A stretch of 63,478 nt of DNA, the filler included, from Saprolegnia diclina VS20 (taxonomy: Eukaryota), in assembly GCF_000281045.1 (NCBI RefSeq). It is 5 parts of 2 records of this genome, joined end to end, with 100 filler letters (N's around TTAATTAATTAA, not from the genome) between each part and the next. Parts side by side here need not be neighbours in the genome. Positions count along the whole stretch, not along the records: positions 1 to 15,530 come from NW_008246072.1; positions 15,631 to 30,279 come from NW_008246072.1; 3 more parts are not named here. The stretch is one strand, 5' to 3'. The notes beneath the pieces were generated by a model that saw only the letters and a list, made by a program, of their open reading frames with translations, was not told where the DNA came from and searched no databases. Numbering within the stretch: the stretch's first letter is position 1; each line of letters begins with the position of its first letter. Below, in pieces: positions 10,703 through 21,050 of this stretch. The position numbers and the translations under genes were made by a program.

Positions 10703-12247
10703 TTAGGACTCGTTGATTAGGCCGAGCCCGCTCGTGTAGAGTGAAGAACTCGACACATGAGATTGCGATGATGCGCTTGACGCGAGTGCCGCGACAAGCT
10801 GCTCCTTGACGTCGAGCGAGATGCCGTAGGCGCCAATCGAGAACGTGATCTCATGCGAGCTGCGCGTCTGTGCGAGTGCCGCTACGAGGGCCGTGGCGCT
10901 CGCATCGGTCTTGATGTTGAGGCGGACGTTGCAATCGGCCCCACGATGGCTCAACCAGTGAGCCATGGCCCGCAGCATCGTCTCGACGTCGTCGTCGGGC
11001 GGCAGGCTCCAGAAAGTGCGCCCATCGAAATCGAGATCGAGATGCACGAGATCGGGCGATGAGCCAAGCAGCGTGGTGAGCGACGCAAAGGCCTCGTCGG
11101 TAACATACATGCGGGTCATCTCGAGATGCAAGAGCTGCCGCAGCGGTGGGAACGCGGTCAATTGGGTCTCCTGGAGTCGGAGTTTCGTTAGCGTCTTCAG
11201 CGACGGCAAGATGTTCACCACGGACGTGAGATTGGTGGGATAGTGCGGCCCCAACTCCAAAGTTTCAAGGCGTGAGGCTGCAATCTTGGCGGCGAGAGCG
11301 CCCAAGGCACCGTGGAGGAAGAACACCGGCGCGCGATAATCCCAATCGTACGCCATCGCGTAGCTGGAACTATCATACTCGTGGAGGTAGTCAAAGATCG
11401 TCAGGTGACGGAGTTGCTGCGGCAGCGGCGGCGACGACGGACTGAACATTGCGCGCGTGAGGCTCGGACCTCCCGAGAGTACGATCGTCTCGAGCGACGT
11501 GGACGTGAGCAGGGCCGTGGCCAACTCGTCACAGAGCTCATCGTGAAAGTCAATGTGATGCAGCTCGAGACGGTGGGCATGTGACCGCGTTAGCCACGCG
11601 AGAAGCGCCTTGCCGTTGGACATGAGCGAGAGCTTGGTCGATTCGAAACCGATACGCTCGACGTAGGGACACTGTGCGACGACTGCCGAGAGCACATCGG
11701 TAAACGTGCCTTGGGTAATCTTTGCGTGCTGGGCGAGGGTCAATGCACGGAGGCCGTGGCATGCCGAGAGGTCGTTCTGGACAATACGCGCAACATTGCG
11801 CTCATTTTGGCTCACAACTTTGAGATCCACGAGGTTGGGCAGCCACTTGCCGAGGAGTGTGCGGACACTGATGTCGTCGAGGTCGATGTAGGCGCTCACG
11901 GCGGTCGTCGGTGGCAGCGCTGTGGCATGACAAATGCTCGACGAGTTCCTGCAGAAGCCCAAATCAATCTTCTTGATGAGAGGAAGCGCCCTCGCGACGA
12001 CGCTCGGATCGTGTCTGTAGGCCTCGTCCAGAGGAGCAATGTCGGCTCTCGGCCAAAGTTCATCGAGCGAGTCCAAGTCCATGGCCAAGAGCGTCCGTAG
12101 CGCGTCGAGCGCGTCATCGAGGCTGCCGTCGGGCGCTGCTTGAAGAAAGGCGCACGCGTCAAACGAGTCGTCGAGGTAGTCGAGAATCTGCAGCGCAATC
12201 GGCGAAGCAAGCAGCAGCCACGGTGTCGGTCGGTTGTCGGTCGTCAT
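10703..12247 (-). CDS. LRR/RNI-like protein with conserved N-terminal SPIALQILxYL leader, copy 1
   Basis: Intronless ORF with LxxLxL repeats (LVDLKV, LRALTL, LETIVL, LRHLTI, LETLEL, LTKLRL, LVHLDL). Strongly similar to the 13.1-14.8 kb ORF. Confidence 0.75.
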   Translation of the reverse strand: MTTDNRPTPWLLLASPIALQILDYLDDSFDACAFLQAAPDGSLDDALDALRTLLAMDLDSLDELWPRADIAPLDEAYRHDPSVVARALPLIKKIDLGFCRNSSSICHATALPPTTAVSAYIDLDDISVRTLLGKWLPNLVDLKVVSQNERNVARIVQNDLSACHGLRALTLAQHAKITQGTFTDVLSAVVAQCPYVERIGFESTKLSLMSNGKALLAWLTRSHAHRLELHHIDFHDELCDELATALLTSTSLETIVLSGGPSLTRAMFSPSSPPLPQQLRHLTIFDYLHEYDSSSYAMAYDWDYRAPVFFLHGALGALAAKIAASRLETLELGPHYPTNLTSVVNILPSLKTLTKLRLQETQLTAFPPLRQLLHLEMTRMYVTDEAFASLTTLLGSSPDLVHLDLDFDGRTFWSLPPDDDVETMLRAMAHWLSHRGADCNVRLNIKTDASATALVAALAQTRSSHEITFSIGAYGISLDVKEQLVAALASSASSQSHVSSSSLYTSGLGLINES

Positions 12248-12703
12248 CTCAAGAGGCAATCTGACATGGCGTATCCGGATGCATTCCAGCCGGCTCAGAT
12301 GGGGAACTAGAGTGCTCCTGCATATGTTGTGAAACACACGTGAAAAAGCCGTGCAACAGAAATGATTGACACAATTCATGACGAGGCGGTTGTGGCAGAA
12401 GCAGAGTGCGTGGTGTCTGCTCCAACTTAACTTATAACCACTGACCTATTAAAGGGCTGGGCTCTAGTATATGCAAACGACTCGTATGTGTACTACTGCG
12501 ATCCACGACACAAGGTAACATGCATGATACGACTTTGCCGATGTACAACATGCAAGTGGCCATGAGCCGAGCGTCGCCATGGAGCCATTGATGTCGGTTC
12601 TTGCCCTCTTCTACCCAACAAGGCGCGGTGTATGCATTAACGACACCAAAAATGCACCTTGAAACGATCCGTGGTCTGGTGCGACTCCATGCACGGTGGT
12701 GGT

Positions 12704-14761
12704 TTATGAGGACATATATACACTTGTGTGGTAACGTGAGCCATCACTGAGTACCACGAATGCAAATTTTTCTAAACGGTTATTGTAAGCTTCATCATCA
12801 TCTTTAGTTGGTCGACGTGGCGAGTGGAGCCAGCGTTCTTTCGTCCTCGTCGAGTGCTCGTAGCGATATGCGATCGTGAGCTGATGCTGCCGTCCATATG
12901 CTTCCAGCGCGGTGGACTCGGAACGATCTTCTCCAAGGATACACAGCGCCAAATTCAACGTCGACGCCAGTNNNNNNNNNNNNNNNNNNNNNNNNNNNNN
13001 NNNNNNNNNNNNNNNNNNNNNNNNNNNNNNNNNNNNNNNNNNNNNNNNNNNNNNNNNNNNNNNNNNNNNNNCCATATGCTTCCAGCGCGGTGGACTCGGA
13101 ACGATCTTCTCCAAGGATACACAGCGCCAAATTCAACGTCGACGCCAGTACTGCAACCAGTTTCTTCTTGCCTTCGAGAGAGAGACCGTAGGTATAGATC
13201 GAAAACGTGACCTTGTGCGCACTGCGGGTATGCGCGAGCGCTGCGGCAAGGGCAGTGGCGCCCGCTTCCGTCTTGATGGAGAGAAAAACGTCACATGGTG
13301 CCCCGACGTTGATCTGAGTGCCGCAACGAGCTTCGTCTTGGTTTCGAGCGAGAGACGAAGAGCGTAGAGTATGATGTTGACCGCGTGCGAATTGCGCGTC
13401 AGAGCCAGAGCTGTCGTAAAGGCACCGACACACACATCGCTCTGGATCGCAAGGTAGACGTCGCACGCTGTCCCGCGACAGCTCAGCCACTGTGGTAGCG
13501 CTCTCAAGACCGTTTTGGCTTGATGGTCTGGGAGCTGGTCGCAACCGAGATCAAGGTGCTTTAGCTTGGGCGACGAGCAAAGCAGCGTTGCCAGCGACTC
13601 GATGGCCTCGTCCGAGAATGTCGAAGACGAGAGATCGAGGTGCAAAAGCTGTACCAAATGCGGAAACGTGGTCAAATGAACCTCCTGGAGCGCAAGTTTG
13701 GTCAATGTCGGTAGCTGCGGCAAGACGGAGACGACCGCCGTGGCATCGCACGAAGTTCGGGGCCACAAATCCAAGCTTTCGAGACGCGAGGCGGTCGCAA
13801 TCTTGGCGGCGAGGGCGGCCACATCGGCTTCGTCAAACGCCGGCGGTGGGTCCGTTATGGCATTTTCTTGCTCTTCGATCGAATAGTAGCCGTCGCACAT
13901 CATGTAATCGCAGATCGTGAGGTGACGCAGTTGTGGCGGCAGCGGCGGCGACGACGGACTCAAAAATGTGCGCGTGAAGCTCGGAATTTCAAACAGCTCG
14001 ATCGTCTCGAGCGTAGACGACATGAGCATGCCCGTCGCCAGCTCTGCGCCGAGCTCGTTCTCAAAGTCGGTACGATCCAGCTTGAGGTGGCGCGCGGTTG
14101 GCAGTGCCAGCCACGCAAGGAGAGCCGTGCAGTCCGACATGCACATGAGACTGCACGAACCAAAGAAAAAGCGCTCGACCTGCGGACACGTTGCGACCAC
14201 AGTCTTCAGCGCATGGTCAAACGTGCCTTGGTCAAGCCTCTTGTACTGGCTCAAGGTCAGCGTACGCAGACGATGGCACTCCGAGAGGTCGTGCTCGGCG
14301 ATAGACGCAAAGTCCAGAGCGTTCCCGTAGGAGCTTAGGACTTCAAGATTCACAAGATTGGGAAGCCAATTGCCGAGGGCTGCACGCACGCTAATTGCGT
14401 TTTGCTGAACATCGGCGCTCACGGCGGTCGTCGGTGGCAGCTCCGTGGCATGGCAAATGCTTGCCGCAGCGTCCCTGCAGTAGCCGAGTTGAACCTTCTT
14501 AAACAGCGGAAGTGCCTTTGTGACGACGCTGGGATTGATGCTGTAGGCTGCGTCCAGACTGGCAATGTGCGGCGTCGGCCAGAGTGGAAGCTCCAAGTCC
14601 ATGGCCAAGAGCGTCCGTAGCGCGTCAAGCGCGTCATCAAGGCTGCCGTCGGGCGCCGCTTGAAGAAAGGCGTGTGCGTCATCGCCGTCGTCGAGGTAGT
14701 GCAGAATCTGCAGCGCAATCGGCGATAGCTGCCACATTGCCGCTCGGTTGTCCGTGGTCAT
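12704..14761 (-). CDS. LRR/RNI-like protein copy 2, joined out of frame to the tail of another paralog (possible pseudogene or chimera)
   Basis: Starts MTTDNRAAMWQLSPIALQILHYL at 14761 and is colinear with copy 1. Near 13305 the C-terminal module is repeated in a different frame (GAPCDVFLSIKTEAGATALAAAL...). An assembly gap lies at 12972-13071. Confidence 0.65.
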
Positions 14762-14821
14762 CTCGTGAGTCAAACGGGAAATGACATATCCGGATAAAAT
14801 TCCATTGCGGAAGGTTCCTCG

Positions 14822-14995
14822 AGTCCATGGCCAAGAGCGTCCGTAGCGCGTCGAGCGCGTCATCGAGGCTGTCGTTGGGCGCCGCTTGAAGAAAGGCGTG
14901 TGCGTCATCGGCGTCGTCGAGGTAGTGCAGAATCTCCAGCGCAATCGGCGATAGCAGCCACGGCGCCGATGTCGCTCGATTGTCGATCGTCAGTT
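14822..14995 (-). pseudogene. 5' fragment of a further LRR-family paralog
   Basis: Encodes TIDNRATSAPWLLSPIALEILHYLDDADDAHAFLQAAPNDSLDDALDALRTLLAMD, near-identical to 14598-14761, and then runs directly into the upstream region of copy 2. Confidence 0.75.
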
Positions 14996-15530
14996 TGAGC
15001 GCCTTTTTGAAAATGGCGTATCCGGATTTTGCGCAATTTTCCGGTCCACTGCGATGGGAATAGATCTTCTTCATGCATGCATTCATTTCTCCAGGCTTTC
15101 TGCGTCGGGGAGAACTCGTGATATTGTGTCCGAAGCGTGATATTATCACGCTTTGTCTCTTGAGTCGTTCTTGGGCTAACCGTATCTAACCGTGTGATAA
15201 AGCCCACTGACTTCATCGAGCATCCGCAGTCCTGTCGGCGGTTCTGGCGGGAAGTCGCTGCATGGCGCGGGCTAGGGTCGTGCGCTTGCAGAGTGCCGCG
15301 TTTCAATGCGAACACATCGTCTCTTAGGACCATTGATACTCCTAATCATCGCCATCCTTGACACAGAGTCTCTCCATTCGCGCAGCGAGATTGTGATTGG
15401 CTCAATCCTCCCTTTCGCCTTGTCAAAGCAGAGTCGCGGTGCTGCCGTAACGTCTATCGATTGCATAGATTTCTTGTCCGGAAGCGAACGAAGCGCGCAC
15501 CAACAATGACGAAATCGTCTTTTATGAACC

Positions 15531-15630
15531 NNNNNNNNNNNNNNNNNNNNNNNNNNNNNNNNNNNNNNNNNNNNTTAATTAATTAANNNNNNNNNNNNNN
15601 NNNNNNNNNNNNNNNNNNNNNNNNNNNNNN
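15531..15630. other. Artificial contig-join spacer (N44-TTAATTAATTAA-N44)
   Basis: Six-frame stop linker at 15575-15586 inside Ns. Identical spacers occur at 30280-30379, 54019-54118 and 62039-62138. Confidence 0.95.
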
Positions 15631-15680
15631 GCTACATGCCCCACACTGGCATCCATTGTTCAACGTACCACCCAACGATC

Positions 15681-18356
15681 ATGTCGACACAAATGCTCGA
15701 GTTGGCATACGCCGTCAATTCCGTACACTGCACGCGGTCCTCGTCGCCGCTGCCGATCGCACCGCGTCTTTACATCAAGGCCATCGACGGCGAGCTCACG
15801 TTTCCACTCTCCGAGACGCAGTTGGCGGCGCTCGCGGCGCAGTACCCGGCCGAGCCCATGCGCATTCCGTCGTCCGACATTTCCTTTGTCGGTGCAAGTG
15901 CACACGAGCTCGTGGACGGCGCGCTGCGTGCGCAGCAGCTCTCGGCACTGCATCCGTGGGGAAAATTTAGTACGTCGTTTAGCGATCTCGTCATCGACCG
16001 CCGCGGGTCTGTCCTCGCTTGGACACGCGACGTCGAGCCCGAAGATCACACGTTTGGTACAATGGTGCAGATGCTTCCGTCTACCGCGCGTGGTGGCGCG
16101 GTCACCATCACATGCGACGACGATCGATCGACCACATATGAGACGGTCGACGACTCTCTCGTGAGCTTGTACTCGGCCTGCGACGTTTCGGTGATGCCCA
16201 TTGTGTCGGGCTACCGCGCTGCGCTTGTGTACCGTCTGCACCACTCTTCGTACAGGTATGAATGCGATGTCCCGGGCCTCGTCAAGTCGATGGCACCACT
16301 GCCGACACCGACAGTCGCTAGCATGCGAGCTGCCGCCGCCGATGTCGCTATATTGACCCACGTTGCTATGCCATTGTACTTGTCGAGCCACACGTCGACC
16401 TTCGAGTCGTTGACAAAGCGAGAAGAGGCCATCGTGGCGTATCTCGTCGCCACCGACGCCGTCGACGTTGCACTCGTCGGAGATGGATTGCCCAACACGT
16501 TCCACCCCGCGTGCAACGTCCCGACGGAGGTGCAAAAGGCCTGTAGTCGCTACTATGGCATGCGATGGTTCATTCCAGAGCCAATGAAAGTCGTCGAGCC
16601 GAGTTGGTCGTATGCTTCGCGCCAGGCCAAACTGCACCCCAAGCCCAAACGCGCGTACCTCGCCGTTTGGCCCAAGGCGCACCGCGTGTACTTTGTCGGT
16701 CTCGACCGTACACTTGATTTGATGGCTGCCTACACCGCGGGAACAAGCACCGACTTGCTTGGTCTGCCATCGCTTCGAGCCGTCGCGGCCGCGGTCGTTC
16801 TGCTTTGGCGCCGCGCTGTCGCGCCACCAACCAACGGCACGTCCAAGCGCTTCATGTACCGACTGTCCGTCACAAACACGTTGTGGTACCGTACGGGTTT
16901 GGTGCTTCTGCACCATCTTCGCGACAATGAGCTCACGATGTCCTTTCTCACGACCCTAACCGCCGAGCTGTTTTGGCCCAGCCCGGACGACGTGAGCTAT
17001 TGGTTTGCCGACGTCGTCGACGAACTCGACTTTGGCGCGGTCGCGGCTCACGTCTTGTGCCAGATCGACGCCGGTGCCACGCGCATCGGTGACGATGCAA
17101 TGTACGTGCGCTTGCTAGCGACGTTTCTCTGGAACACAGAGCTTCGTACCGCGTGGCCACACGGCGTCGAGCTCCTCCACGACGGGCTGCATCGGCTGCT
17201 CGCGCGCTGTGGCACGGCTACGATGGACCATGCGACCGAGTACCTTGTCCATGCGCTGCCCCTACTCTCGTGCATCGACGAGCAAGGCGGCGACCCCACG
17301 ATCGGCCGCGTCCTCGCCTCACGGTTGCCCGCACCGGTGCTGGCGATCGTCGACAGTTTTGTGCATGTCGCAACACCGTTTCTGAGCATTGTGGCGGGCA
17401 ATCCAAGCTTGTCGAAGGCCCTCCCAGTGGCGCTCTATGCATTGCGCAACACGTCGTTGTCCTTTTCGCTGCAGCCGTACATCGACTTGGCCGTCGATGT
17501 GTATCGCGCACCGCCGATCGGCTGCACCGCCGACGACGACGCGGCGCTCATGGCGCTCACCGCCGGGACGCCACCGTTTGATTGGCTGTTTGAGCGGAAC
17601 GCAGCATCGTTTGAGACGCGTCATTGGGCAACTGCGCTCTCGTCGCCTAATTTGACCGTGACGGTGGACCAAGCGTCGCACGTACTGGCCGTCGCCCTGG
17701 ACAGCCTACCGCGGAGCTTGCCGCTGACTGCGCTCTCGGACGAGACGAGCTTGTGCGATCGCGCGATCCTCGCGACCAGTGCTCTGCGCATCTGCTACTA
17801 CTTGAAGGACTTTGCGGCGCTCGAGACCGTGCTTCAGCGCGTGTACGCACAGCAAGCCAAACACGCGTCGCCGATCACGTACATCATGGACATGCTCATG
17901 CCTCTTCATGACGCGTGCGTCGAAATGGGCTGCCATGCGCTTGCTGTCGACGTGGCCACGCGCTGCTTTCGAGAGCTAAGGGCGTACGTCAAAGCCGCCT
18001 TGCGCGGGCCGCCACTGCCACAACTCGCGTGGTGGTGCCGATGCTATACATGTGGCACATTTCTTTGCTTCATGGATAAATCGACGAGCAATCGACTTTG
18101 GCACCCGACGAGGGGCTCGACGTTCGGGCACGCGTGCGAGTACTTTCTCAAGTACGTGCGCGCTGGGCACATTGGCCGGTATCCGACGCGACGTGGCGCC
18201 CCTGTCATTTCGCACGACATGAAGCCAGAGACCGGATCACGGATGCAATTTCCGTTCGTGCTCGACTACGTAGCGTCCAAGAACCGCATCGATGCAGTAC
18301 GTGACGCGCTCGAGGATTTGAACGAAACGCTCCTGTATACACCAAAGGCCCTTTAG
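15681..18356 (+). CDS. Large 2OG-Fe(II) oxygenase-like family protein A (iron-binding His residues lost), C-terminal CxCxxC
   Basis: FGTMVQMLPSTARGGAVTI...YSACDVSVMPIVSGYRAALVYRL resembles the FGTLVxxLPSxxxGGxL...FYADCxHEVxPVTSGYRxxLxYNL 2OG-Fe(II) oxygenase motif. Intronless. Confidence 0.75.
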   Translation: MSTQMLELAYAVNSVHCTRSSSPLPIAPRLYIKAIDGELTFPLSETQLAALAAQYPAEPMRIPSSDISFVGASAHELVDGALRAQQLSALHPWGKFSTSFSDLVIDRRGSVLAWTRDVEPEDHTFGTMVQMLPSTARGGAVTITCDDDRSTTYETVDDSLVSLYSACDVSVMPIVSGYRAALVYRLHHSSYRYECDVPGLVKSMAPLPTPTVASMRAAAADVAILTHVAMPLYLSSHTSTFESLTKREEAIVAYLVATDAVDVALVGDGLPNTFHPACNVPTEVQKACSRYYGMRWFIPEPMKVVEPSWSYASRQAKLHPKPKRAYLAVWPKAHRVYFVGLDRTLDLMAAYTAGTSTDLLGLPSLRAVAAAVVLLWRRAVAPPTNGTSKRFMYRLSVTNTLWYRTGLVLLHHLRDNELTMSFLTTLTAELFWPSPDDVSYWFADVVDELDFGAVAAHVLCQIDAGATRIGDDAMYVRLLATFLWNTELRTAWPHGVELLHDGLHRLLARCGTATMDHATEYLVHALPLLSCIDEQGGDPTIGRVLASRLPAPVLAIVDSFVHVATPFLSIVAGNPSLSKALPVALYALRNTSLSFSLQPYIDLAVDVYRAPPIGCTADDDAALMALTAGTPPFDWLFERNAASFETRHWATALSSPNLTVTVDQASHVLAVALDSLPRSLPLTALSDETSLCDRAILATSALRICYYLKDFAALETVLQRVYAQQAKHASPITYIMDMLMPLHDACVEMGCHALAVDVATRCFRELRAYVKAALRGPPLPQLAWWCRCYTCGTFLCFMDKSTSNRLWHPTRGSTFGHACEYFLKYVRAGHIGRYPTRRGAPVISHDMKPETGSRMQFPFVLDYVASKNRIDAVRDALEDLNETLLYTPKAL

Positions 18357-18583
18357 GGGTGTTCAACACTAACTAAGCTTTATGTATACTCGTTGACATA
18401 TATCGCTGATCATTGCCTGCGGCAGTATACTGTTGCGAAAGGTACCATGGATCCCTTCTTTCATGTTGCACAAGAAAGTGTGATGCATGGATCCTATTCA
18501 CGCACCAGAGCGCGCCACGTCACGGGAAAGGCGGTGCAAAGGCGTTACGTGACAGTTTCACATATTTTCAGATTCGATTTATC

Positions 18584-20593
18584 ATGGCCAGGACCGTCCA
18601 AAGCACCGAGCGGCGCGATGTAGACTTGCGACAACTGCTGCGGACGGCCACGGTCGCCCACTGTCATTGGTACAACCCACGGGCCAACCCGCGCCGCCGC
18701 AATGCAACACCGCTCGACGTTCGGGTGACCATTGCCGGCCACGACATTGTGTGGCCCATGCCACGTGACCAAGTGCAATCACTCACGGCGCTGTACCCAG
18801 GTACACCCGTACTGCTGCCATCAAACATTGTGGACTTTCGTGATGCCCCCCTCGACGATTCCATTTTGCGCGAAATCCTAGCACCACTGCAGCCGCAGCC
18901 ACACGCCTGTACCTACGAGTTGGTCCATCTCGCGATCGATATCGTTGGCAATTCATCAGCAATCGTGCCGTCATCTCCACCGCCCAATACCTTTGGAACA
19001 CTCGTCTATTTTTTCCCGTCTGACTGCACCGGTGGCGCGATAACCATTTCATATGGCAGTGACCAGTTGATCGTCGCTGCACCCTCGAATGGCGACTACA
19101 TGGCGCTCTACAATACAGCGACTGTGTCAGTTGCGCCGATCGACGCCGGCCACCGCATCGTTGCCGTGTACCACCTCATGTACACAGAAGGAAGACCCAC
19201 GCTACGATTTCGGTGGGCGCCGCCGCCAATGCCTTCGATCGACGACCTCCGTCGTGCCGTCGCACAACTGTCCGAGTCGGACATTGCATTTTCCATTCAG
19301 CTGCAGGCAGCGCAGACAGAGCCCGTCTTTAGCGCTCTTGTGGGACGAGACAAGACCATTGCGGATTGGCTCGCGTTCTCTGGCGGCTTGGACGTTGCGC
19401 TTGTCCGGAAGCACGCAGCGTCTCGACGACACGAGGCCAATGGCGCGCTTCACGCAGCGTTCCACCCGGCGTGCGAGACCACTTCGGTCTTACTGGATGC
19501 CTGCCGCGCAGTCAACGGCGTCGTTTTTCGAGACGCACCTCGGGAAACGCCACACGGCCACTGCTACTTCGTGTGTTGGCCACACTCTCGGCGGGTACAC
19601 GTCCTTGGTTTCGATTCGACACTGGCGCTACTGCGGGCCAATGCAGCAGGCGATCTCGTCGAGCACCTCGGCTATGGCTCCTTGATAGAGCTCGCAACGA
19701 TGGCGCTTCCATTGGCCGCCAACATGGTCCCGTCTTCGGTGTCGTCTCCGGCACCCAACCCCCTTATGCAAAGTGCACTTGCCTCGGTCCTGTGGATAAT
19801 CGGTGATGTCGAGCTCATGGGCCGCTTTCTGACGCGCTCATGGTGGAGTGAAGGCCACGCTGCAGCGGCCAGCGTTGTCGCCGACATGGCCGCGCACGTG
19901 GTCCAGCGCATGGAAACATCGACGTTGCTTCACCAACTGCGCTGTCACATTGCATTCCGCGTCCGCGTCCTGGCTACGTTGGTGCGTCACCATGCGTCGT
20001 CGACATGGCTGCCCGACGTCCTCGACAGGTACTGGTCGTTCATGCAAACGGCGCTTCGCACCGCTGTCTTTCTTACAACAGCAATGTCAACGCTGGAGGC
20101 CGCGCTCGTGATTGATGCATGGTGCATGGACCGCGCTGTCAAGCCGGGGGTGCATGCCGTACTCGAGGTGCTACTGCCATCGCCACTCGTCGATAGCATC
20201 CTCTCGTATGTCTACGCCCCGCCGCTCGTCACGGCCCTTTCGCACCATAGCCAACTGCAAGCCAGCCTACCGCTCTTTTTATGGCAGCGCCAAACACCCA
20301 AATTGTCGTCGTGGCACGTGTACGTGCATACGGCCGTTTGCTACGTTGCAACGAATGGTTGCACACACGATGTAGCAATTGCCGCGCTGCTCTTGCTCAC
20401 GGCGGGCACCTCGGACTTTATGGCCGTGCGACGTGCTGCCACGTCATCGAACCAGAGACTTTGCCACTTGGTTCGTGCCATGCGTGGTAATGGCCCCACA
20501 CCGCTGCAAATGACTGCCTTGCGCGACGTCATTGCAGATGCCCGTCGGCGCGACGTCGAGTTTACACGTCGCACTCGTCTACTGTCTACATGA
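18584..20593 (+). CDS. 2OG-Fe(II) oxygenase-like family protein B (shorter, no C-terminal Cys module)
   Basis: FGTLVYFFPSDCTGGAITISY...YNTATVSVAPIDAGHRIVAVYHL. Shares FHPAC and WPxxxRV with its paralogs. Confidence 0.75.
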   Translation: MARTVQSTERRDVDLRQLLRTATVAHCHWYNPRANPRRRNATPLDVRVTIAGHDIVWPMPRDQVQSLTALYPGTPVLLPSNIVDFRDAPLDDSILREILAPLQPQPHACTYELVHLAIDIVGNSSAIVPSSPPPNTFGTLVYFFPSDCTGGAITISYGSDQLIVAAPSNGDYMALYNTATVSVAPIDAGHRIVAVYHLMYTEGRPTLRFRWAPPPMPSIDDLRRAVAQLSESDIAFSIQLQAAQTEPVFSALVGRDKTIADWLAFSGGLDVALVRKHAASRRHEANGALHAAFHPACETTSVLLDACRAVNGVVFRDAPRETPHGHCYFVCWPHSRRVHVLGFDSTLALLRANAAGDLVEHLGYGSLIELATMALPLAANMVPSSVSSPAPNPLMQSALASVLWIIGDVELMGRFLTRSWWSEGHAAAASVVADMAAHVVQRMETSTLLHQLRCHIAFRVRVLATLVRHHASSTWLPDVLDRYWSFMQTALRTAVFLTTAMSTLEAALVIDAWCMDRAVKPGVHAVLEVLLPSPLVDSILSYVYAPPLVTALSHHSQLQASLPLFLWQRQTPKLSSWHVYVHTAVCYVATNGCTHDVAIAALLLLTAGTSDFMAVRRAATSSNQRLCHLVRAMRGNGPTPLQMTALRDVIADARRRDVEFTRRTRLLST

Positions 20594-20855
20594 ACGAACC
20601 TGCACACTCGGTTTCTCTCGTTCCGCTGGCGGCTTGCGGAACGGCGGCGGTATGACCATTAGACCGCCTACATTGCATGATGAGCATGCAGATGGTCGTG
20701 GAGGTGCATCGTTCTTGAGCGATGACAATGTTGTTTGGCAAATCAATAACGCATCGGCATAGACGCAAGCCTTTCATTGAGCCGATCGGTACATCAATGC
20801 CAGTAAAATGGCGCGACATTGGATTGGACAGCCGCTCGACGCTTGGGAAGAAGGC

Positions 20856-20950
<95 letters not shown>
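20856..20950. repeat. (TAGA)n microsatellite running into a gap
   Basis: More than 23 perfect TAGA units directly before the Ns. Confidence 0.95.
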
Positions 20951-21050
20951 NNNNNNNNNNNNNNNNNNNNNNNNNNNNNNNNNNNNNNNNNNNNNNNNNN
21001 NNNNNNNNNNNNNNNNNNNNNNNNNNNNNNNNNNNNNNNNNNNNNNNNNN

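Noticed and set aside
12894..13149. Exact 78-bp direct repeat (12894-12971 = 13072-13149)
   Set aside because: It flanks a 100-N gap exactly, so it is most likely an unmerged contig overlap rather than a real duplication.
15575..15586. Palindromic TTAATTAATTAA recurring four times in the window
   Set aside because: Always centred in 44+44 Ns; an artificial six-frame stop linker, not a biological motif.
15660..16916. Long antisense ORFs overlapping real genes (e.g. 15660-16916, 24896-25870, 58131-58838)
   Set aside because: Expected shadow ORFs of GC3-rich coding sequence; no independent motifs.
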